NCBI GenBank assembly: GCA_024276815.1
Contig: JAJRWM010000100.1
Coordinates: 1-39,591 of the forward strand
Direction: 5' to 3'
DNA from: a bacterium
GTDB lineage: Bacteria > JACRDZ01 > JAJRWM01
Length of the DNA stretch: 39,591 nucleotides
The translations under genes were made by a program, and so were the position numbers. Each line of letters starts with the position of its first letter. The stretch's first letter is position 1. Shown here in pieces: positions 9,961 through 16,500 of the stretch. The notes under the pieces were generated by a model. That model was not told the DNA's origin and did no database searches. It saw only the letters and a program-made list of their open reading frames with translations.

Positions 9961-10833
9961 TTAACAATCAAAAAACGAAAAACCCGTACGCCCGCCTTCT
10001 CGGGGAAAGCCCTGATTGGTCTCGTAGGCCGGGAATCCTCCAGATCCCGGCATACGCCGGTCACAGAGATACAAGACGTCAATAACCGCGCCCCTGTTTT
10101 TCCAGGCGCTTGAGCGCCCGCCGTAAATTCTGGTTGCCGGGGTCTTTTTCAGCTCTTCTTTAACTGATTTCAGCAGGCGTTCTTTCCGGAAACGCTTTTC
10201 ACCATAAACCCGGTTAATTTTCCTGGCCCTCAGGTATTGCCGGGCCGCTTTCAAATAGCGGCCCTGACGGTAATAGGCCACCGCCAGATTATAAGCCGCT
10301 TTAGCGTAACCGGGTTGTAACTTCAGGGCGGCCTGGTAATATTTCGCCGCTTGGGAAAAGTTTTTCCGCCGATGGAAAACCACTCCCAGGTTGTTATAGG
10401 AGACAGCGAAACTCTTGTCCGCCTCAATCGCTTTTAAATAATATTCTTCAGCCCGGGCAAAGTTCTTTTTTAAAAAGTAACAGTAGCCGAGGTTATTGTA
10501 AAGCTCGGCGTCGCTGGCTCCATCAGCTAGAGCCTTGAGGTATTCCGATAAAGCCAGGCTGACTTCCCGGGACTCCAGGTAGATATCGCCGAGCCGGGCA
10601 TGTTCATCCCCGGCGCTTAATTTTATGGTCGGAAAAAACATCAGAAGAAAAAGAAGTGCGAGCGGTAATCTGAAGCGAATTAAAACCTTGGGTGAGGCGA
10701 TGCGTGTGACCCTTTTTTTATGCCAAAAAAGAGTTTCCCCACGTCCCCTCTCCAAAAAATAAATTGGCCGATCGCGAAAACCTTGTATAAGCTTGAAATA
10801 CGCTCTAAAAAGCGAAGACCAGCGAGCAACCAT
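9961..10833 (-). CDS. TPR-repeat protein with a signal-peptide-like segment (start uncertain)
   Basis: Several TPR motifs (LYNNLGYCYFLKKNFARAEEYYLKAIEADKSF, AVSYNNLGVVF...). The hydrophobic segment RFRLPLALLFLLMFFPTIKLSAG has no canonical start in front of it. The first 45 codons of the track ORF overlap repeat copy 5. Confidence 0.6.
   Translation of the reverse strand: MVARWSSLFRAYFKLIQGFRDRPIYFLERGRGETLFWHKKRVTRIASPKVLIRFRLPLALLFLLMFFPTIKLSAGDEHARLGDIYLESREVSLALSEYLKALADGASDAELYNNLGYCYFLKKNFARAEEYYLKAIEADKSFAVSYNNLGVVFHRRKNFSQAAKYYQAALKLQPGYAKAAYNLAVAYYRQGRYLKAARQYLRARKINRVYGEKRFRKERLLKSVKEELKKTPATRIYGGRSSAWKNRGAVIDVLYLCDRRMPGSGGFPAYETNQGFPREGGRTGFSFFDC
10709..10812 (-). repeat. Intergenic repeat element, degenerate copy 5
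   Basis: About 40 nt match copy 2: cttttttt..ccaaaaa.g..t.tccccacg.cccct.tcca, plus the gctctaaaaa box edge. The GCTTGAAC box is degraded to GCTTATAC with an insertion. Confidence 0.5.
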
Positions 10834-11728
10834 AATTTTCCTGATCTTTCCAGGAGAAACGGGGAGTAAAATAATCCGTTACCCTTTTAATAAAGGTCTC
10901 TTCCTGTTTCTGATTGTAGTTCTCCGCCGCGTTAACCGCGCTGTAAATATTGCCCGAATACCAGCCGGACTCCATTAAAGCCATCAGGCCGCCCACAACG
11001 TATTTTTTTTCCTGGAATGAAACAACCGCCAAATAGGTGAACAGACCGTTAACGGTAAGGGAGGCGAAAGCGTCTCCCGGCCGGCCGCTGTAAAGCTGAC
11101 CCGCTCCGGGAAGCGCGGCTGATAACAAACCGGCGAAAAACGGCGAGCGGCGGGATATTTTCGAAGCCTTCTCCAGTTTGCCGGCCGCCTGACCCGCCGG
11201 CCGGCTCAACTCGCTGTTTTCCAGAGCCGCCAGCTCAGAGAAGACTTTTTGGGCGGCCGACCATTTTTTACTGTTCAGGTAACTAACGCCAATCATCCTG
11301 AGAAACTCCGGCTTCAACGGCTCATCCGGATGGGCGGCCAAAAAATATTCCAGTTCGCCCGCGCCCTCTTCGTACTTTTCCATTTCAAAGTAACTCTTGA
11401 CCATAATTAACAGAACTTCCCCGCGCTTCTGACTTTCAGGATAGCGGTCGAGATAAGTTTCACAAGCGTCAGCCGCCCTCGCGAACTGTTCTGCCTGAAA
11501 AAGGCTGTCAATTATTTCATAGAGTGCGGTCTGACTTCTGGGATCAGCCGGAAAGCGGAAGCGGAACCGCTCAAATTCCGTCACCGCCCGGTACAACTCG
11601 CCTTTTTGTTTTAAATGAAGGGCAAAGTCATAGACCTGATCCTGGTTTTCCGCTCTGATGGTCGCTGGTCGACCGAGGAGCAGCAACGCCAACAGAAAGG
11701 TCGTTGTCAGTAGTCGCGTTTTTAACAT
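10805..11728 (-). CDS. Secreted TPR-like protein with a C-terminal two-helix membrane domain carrying a PGxGQxY motif
   Basis: Signal peptide MLKTRLLTTTFLLALLLLGRPATIRA from ATG 11728; the track start at 11812 overlaps yidD and is unlikely. C-terminal FFAGLLSAALPGAGQLYSGRPGDA plus hydrophobic helices resembles the DUF5683-type PGxGQxY motif, from memory. Confidence 0.7.
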   Translation of the reverse strand: MLKTRLLTTTFLLALLLLGRPATIRAENQDQVYDFALHLKQKGELYRAVTEFERFRFRFPADPRSQTALYEIIDSLFQAEQFARAADACETYLDRYPESQKRGEVLLIMVKSYFEMEKYEEGAGELEYFLAAHPDEPLKPEFLRMIGVSYLNSKKWSAAQKVFSELAALENSELSRPAGQAAGKLEKASKISRRSPFFAGLLSAALPGAGQLYSGRPGDAFASLTVNGLFTYLAVVSFQEKKYVVGGLMALMESGWYSGNIYSAVNAAENYNQKQEETFIKRVTDYFTPRFSWKDQENYGCSLVFAF

Positions 11729-11757
11729 GCAGCAGTTTTTCCTTTCGCTCAAACCTG

Positions 11758-12159
11758 TCAGGGCAAATCCACCAGTCTCCCGTTTTTCACCGGGTAATGC
11801 GAAGCCGCGCAATAATTACAGCGCAACAGCCGGCCAGCGGTCATGACGATTCCTTTTAACAAACCATAGCGGACCAGGCATTGCCGGGAATACTCGGAAC
11901 AGGTCGGATAGAAATTACAACGCGGGCCATCGATGTGGGATATCCTGGTCTGGAACAAGTGTAGCGCGTCCTGGAAAAAAAGCCGGAAGACATTGGTCTC
12001 TTTCATCTTTTTTACGGCGGTCGTTTTCTTGGCCGCGATATCCCAAGGGCGCCACTCCGCCCGGCCGGTATTACTTGAAACCAGCAACAGAAAAAGCAAG
12101 GCGAACCCCGCAATGCCCCTGATTAATAACTTTACGTTCATTGCCAAGAAACCTAACAT
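11758..12159 (-). CDS. yidD: YidD-like membrane protein insertion efficiency factor homolog with N-terminal signal/TM extension
   Basis: ISHIDGPRCNFYPTCSEYSRQCLVRYGLLKGIVMTAGRLLRCN matches the YidD Cys-rich signature. AGGAGG RBS lies just upstream of the ATG at 12159 (2-nt spacer). Confidence 0.8.
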   Translation of the reverse strand: MLGFLAMNVKLLIRGIAGFALLFLLLVSSNTGRAEWRPWDIAAKKTTAVKKMKETNVFRLFFQDALHLFQTRISHIDGPRCNFYPTCSEYSRQCLVRYGLLKGIVMTAGRLLRCNYCAASHYPVKNGRLVDLP

Positions 12160-12190
12160 TCCTCCTGCCTGATGTCAACCCGTCACTCCG

Positions 12191-12317
12191 TTTGGAGTTT
12201 CCCCCGGAAATTTTGTGGGGCAAACCTTTTTTTCCAAAAAGGTTCTTCCCCACGCCCCTTTCCAGGCGAGCCGTGCGCGTCGTTCAAGCGCTAAAAACTT
12301 TAAAAGTTGATAATCCC
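12191..12317 (-). repeat. Intergenic repeat element, copy 2 (inverted twin of copy 1)
   Basis: The reverse complement aligns with 13-139: 61 nt identical, then about 10 differences or indels clustered in hairpin 12217-12251. Followed, in its own orientation, by TTGACA and the yidD RBS. Confidence 0.85.
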
Positions 12318-12405
12318 TCCTTGAAAAACCATGCTATTACAAATAGTTATAGCTAATTGATTGTTTTTTTGGGGGGCAGGGGGTTGTTTGGCATATTATC
12401 GACGA

Positions 12406-13410
12406 TCAGAAGGATTTTTTGTAATTGCCCGGAGTCAGGGTTATCCCGGCATAGACAAAGGACTTCACGTAATTAGCGTCCCGGTGATTAGAAATATTAT
12501 TCAAAGAGTCGTAGCCAAGGTTGAAGCTGAGGTAGTCGTTGACCTGGAAAGTAAAAGAATTATACACGCCCGTGAAATTATCAAGGCGCTTTTCATCCAG
12601 ATCAGCATCATCAGGGTCGATCGCGGCGTAATCCCGGTAAATACGCTGGCGCAGATGGCCGGTAACCTGCAAAAAAACGTGTTTGCCAAAACTTTGCCAG
12701 AGGTTGAGATAACCGTTATTATTTTGATAATCCCATTGGTCATCGTTCGAGTTGTTGACGCTGCTCTGATAGGTAATCCCGATACGGGTCGATTTGAATA
12801 TCCGCTGGTTAATGGAAACCTGTCCCCCGCTTTCCTGATCGTTCTGCAACACGGTATCCTCGGGGATTTCCTTGAGGGGATAAAGATATTGGTTGAACTG
12901 GTAAGCGCAGTTGAGCGAAGTGAACCTTGTCAGGTTATACCAGATTCCCGGCGAAACTCCGGAGTGAATAAAATAACCTGACTCATAGCTTGGAACCCCG
13001 CTCACTTCGTAAACCAGGGACAAGTCAGAGCTGAATTTGGGAGTAAAGAGATATTCCGTGAGCCAGGAAACGGTGGACGACTGGAAGGGCACAACGCTGT
13101 CCCGTTCCAGGCCGCGGTTCTCCGCTTCGTCCTCCAGCTTGCTCTGGGCCGGCTCAATATACTGAGATAAGGTGTAGCGGCCGGAAAGCGAAGTTCTCAA
13201 CTTCTTTCCGATGGTCGCGGTTAAGCGAACGCCGGGTAACAATTCATACGAGGTCGCTTTTTGCGGGTCATCCTTTTCGCTGAAAACATTTGAATCGGAA
13301 GTGTAGGTCGCTGACAGAATCGGAGCGAACGATAACTGAACCTCGCTCCAGAGACCGCTGGGTATACTCATCACGAGTACAATAAAACCAATAACCAGTT
13401 TCTTGTTCAA
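12406..13410 (-). CDS. Predicted outer-membrane beta-barrel protein
   Basis: 334 aa. Signal peptide, alternating amphipathic strands rich in Y/S/T/N/G, C-terminal ...GNYKKSF ending in Phe (OMP signature). Family not assigned. Confidence 0.7.
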   Translation of the reverse strand: MNKKLVIGFIVLVMSIPSGLWSEVQLSFAPILSATYTSDSNVFSEKDDPQKATSYELLPGVRLTATIGKKLRTSLSGRYTLSQYIEPAQSKLEDEAENRGLERDSVVPFQSSTVSWLTEYLFTPKFSSDLSLVYEVSGVPSYESGYFIHSGVSPGIWYNLTRFTSLNCAYQFNQYLYPLKEIPEDTVLQNDQESGGQVSINQRIFKSTRIGITYQSSVNNSNDDQWDYQNNNGYLNLWQSFGKHVFLQVTGHLRQRIYRDYAAIDPDDADLDEKRLDNFTGVYNSFTFQVNDYLSFNLGYDSLNNISNHRDANYVKSFVYAGITLTPGNYKKSF

Positions 13411-13465
13411 ACGAAATCTCCTCTAGAATCTGTCTGTAAGTCAAATAATTTTCAAGAAGAATCTC

Positions 13466-13541
13466 GGGGTCTCTTTTTGTAAAACACCACCCCCGATCCC
13501 CCACATATCTATCGTGCGAGTTGTTCAAGCTCTAAAACTTT
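13466..13541 (-). repeat. Intergenic repeat element, copy 3 (box subfamily shared with copy 4)
   Basis: The reverse complement reads aaagttttagaGCTTGAACaaCtCGCaCGatagatatgtggggg, followed by an imperfect GGGG...CCCC hairpin at 13466-13493. It begins about 20 nt after the giant gene stop. Confidence 0.6.
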
Positions 13542-13561
13542 CATTTGATCGTTAAAAGCTT

Positions 13562-16500
13562 TTAGTACAGATCAAATATGTGTAACCGCCCCAGGCCGCT
13601 GGCGCTGTCGCGTCGCAGGTATAACACCTTGTCCTGGTTGATCACCGGATTTATTTCATCAGCTTTCTGCCCGGTCAGAAGAAGTTTGCGGCCTTCAAAG
13701 AGGTCATAGAGATAAACGTCGCTGTCAACTCCGTTGTCCTCCTGCCAGACAGCCCGGTCGCCAAAAATTCGGGGGGCTAAATGATCAACCGTGGTATCAA
13801 AGGTCAAATCAACGGCCGTGGTATCGAAAACAACAATCTGGGTCTTCCCGGCCAGCCGGTCCTCTTCATAAATATATTTGTTTCCATAAACATCAGGTTT
13901 TCTCTGATTATAGGTTGTGTCCTGGACAATAGCGTAACTGACACCGCCCACAGCCAGGTCGAAGCCGTAAATATCCTCATCCCCGTTGCGGGTGTCTACC
14001 CAAACGACCCGGTTCCTGAAAATGCGGGGGTCGTATTCATCGGTGGTGGATATTCCGGGAATCAGCGTCTCCGTACTGTCAAAAAGATTGTAATAATAAA
14101 TATCGTACTGGGGGTTGTCGCGTCTGTCCTGCCAGACCACATATCTTCCATAGATGTCAGGATGCTCCTGAGCGCCGGTGGACACCGTATTCACCCGCTG
14201 ACCGCTGTCAACGGGATTGGCGAAATCATTCTTGTGAGCGTAATAAATATCCGCCGTGCCCTCCCGGTAATCTTCCCAGACAACGGTGTTTTCATAAATC
14301 GCGGGATTGAGCTGCGTGAAGCTGTTAATACAGACCGGAACCTCCGTTTTGGTTGTCAGATCAAAAAGGAAAATGTCCGGGTTGCCGTTTCGATCATCCG
14401 AGTAAACCAACTTATCCCCCCAGATATCCCAGCCATAAACATTATGAGGCGGTTGGGGTAAATCATGCTCGCCGGTCGGCTCCAGATCAAAGAGGTAAAT
14501 ATTCCAGTTGGGAGCCGCCGCGCCGTCATCCTGGGACCAGACTATTTTCTCCCCCCAGATATCGGGCTTGGCCTTATTCTTGGTGGCGGTAAAAGTGAGT
14601 CTCTTTTCCGAAGCGGTGGTATCCATCAAGTCTGTCATGTACAATTCGGCCTTGCTCGTAGCGTCCCGGTAATCCTCCCAGACGATCAGCGGCCCGAAAA
14701 TAACCGGGTTAAGCTGGCTTAAAGGCTCGTTTTGCAGCCGGGTATCTGTTGTGTTAAGGAGATCCCGGTACCAGATATCATAGTAACCGTCACGGTTGTC
14801 GCTCCAGACCAGAGAGTTCTCCCAGAGATCGGGACTGCTCTGGATGCCCGTCGAAGCGGCGACCGCCAGTTCGCCGGACAACGCGCTGATATCGGACATA
14901 AATAAATCCTGGTTAGTTGTGCCTCTCTCGTAAATCGCCGAAAGTTCCCAGAGAGTCGGATTATATGAACCAAGCATATCATTGGCCACTTCAACAGAGA
15001 CAAAAGGAGGCGCCGACAGGTCCATTTTATAGAGATAGTCGTAGGCGCTACTGTTTGAAACGTAAACCAGATTATTCTCGTATATTGCCGGCGTCATGTT
15101 GCTGAAACTACTATTTGCTGGTATCGCGAAGGTGCTGTCATAAAAGCCATCATACAGGTACAGGTCATAAAGGCCATCCATATTTTCGGAATAAACAACC
15201 TGGTCGCCCCAGATAGCCGGTTCAGCCTGATTCCAGGAAATGTCATTGCTCAGGTTCTGCTCTGTTTTGGTTGACAGGTTATACAGATAAACGTCGATAT
15301 CAAAACCGCTATTATTGCGATGATCTTCCCAGACCACCTTATCACCCCAGATCCGCGGGTTCTGCTGATCAAAAGCGGCGTTGGTAATTATTTTAATATC
15401 ACTGCGGGGAGCCGCGACCCGCTTTACCGGGTTGCCGTAAGTGTAATTACTGTCGATATCATAAGGATAGAGCTGGTAATAATAATACTCCTGGTTGATT
15501 AAGCCAAGGTCATTATAAGTGCTGTCCACGGAACCATAGTAAACCACATCGCCGTCGCCAAGGACGCTGCCCGCATTGTAGGAAATCCCGTTAACCGGGC
15601 CGGCGCCCGGGTAATCGCCCAGCTTGCGCAGGATAAGCACGCCGTCCCAGGCCGGATCAGTCAGGTTGTCCCAACACAGCTCAACGCTGGAGTCAAACCC
15701 CAAGGCCCAGAAAGGGTTGGGCTTGAGATCAATGTTCATGGAAGTCGGCGGGCTGACATTGCCCAGATCATCCCTGGCGAGCAGGGAAATACTGTTGGGG
15801 CCTTCATGGAGGGTGGTGTCAAAGGTCCAGGAACCGGAAAAAGGCGTGAAAGGAATCAGGGCGCCGTTGACAGAGATCGCTTCAACATCCGGTTCGCAGG
15901 TGCCGTCTATTGTCCAGGTCTGTTGGTGGGTTGAAAAATCAACGCCATTATAGGGTGTTACAATAATCGGCGCATTGACGGTTGTGTCGAAAATTATTTC
16001 GATAACATCGCGGGCGCTTTTCGTGCTGTCAGCGGCGACCCCGTAAACGCCAAGATAGTTGCCGCTGCCAGCCAGGTTGATGCTTTCAGTCCAGGTTGCG
16101 CTGTTAGGCGCATAAGCCGTTATCTGAAAGGTCGTATCCAGGGTAGCGTCCAGGAAGTATTTTTCAACAAAGATCGCTACGGTATTCGTGGAATCACAAC
16201 TGCCAGCCAGGGTTACCGGGGAAGCGGCGACCCGGACCGACAAACCACTGCCCGGAGAGGTGATTACCGGCGGCGCGATATAGGTTGAATCCAGAGTAAT
16301 CGCTATGTCTTCAAAAGCCCCGACATTGCTCGAGCTGTCATAACCGGCGAAATGAAAATAATTCACTCCGGTCTCCAGCGTGATGCCGGAATGTCCCCAG
16401 GAAGAATCATAGGCGGTAAAAGTATTAACCGGCATCGTGGTCTCCTGGCTGGCCGAGGTATGAGTAACTATAATAGCAACGGTATCGGAACTGCAATCCC

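Noticed and set aside
12141-12356. The idea that the repeat element encodes a small peptide (ORFs 12141-12356 + and 12071-12253 -)
   Set aside because: Copies 1 and 2 differ by 1-nt indels (C5/C6 run, AAACC/AACC) that shift every frame. Conservation is therefore at the nucleotide or structure level.
12361-12981. 206-aa plus-strand ORF
   Set aside because: It lies entirely antisense to the beta-barrel OMP gene and has no RBS and no recognisable motif. The OMP frame has a signal peptide and a C-terminal Phe signature.
13781-14461. 226-aa plus-strand ORF, with other ORFs of 60-130 aa inside 13.5-18.8 kb
   Set aside because: These are antisense or alternate-frame shadows of the 1732-aa gene, whose own frame shows strong internal repeat structure. 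The shadow ORFs have low-complexity V/I/G/N-rich composition.
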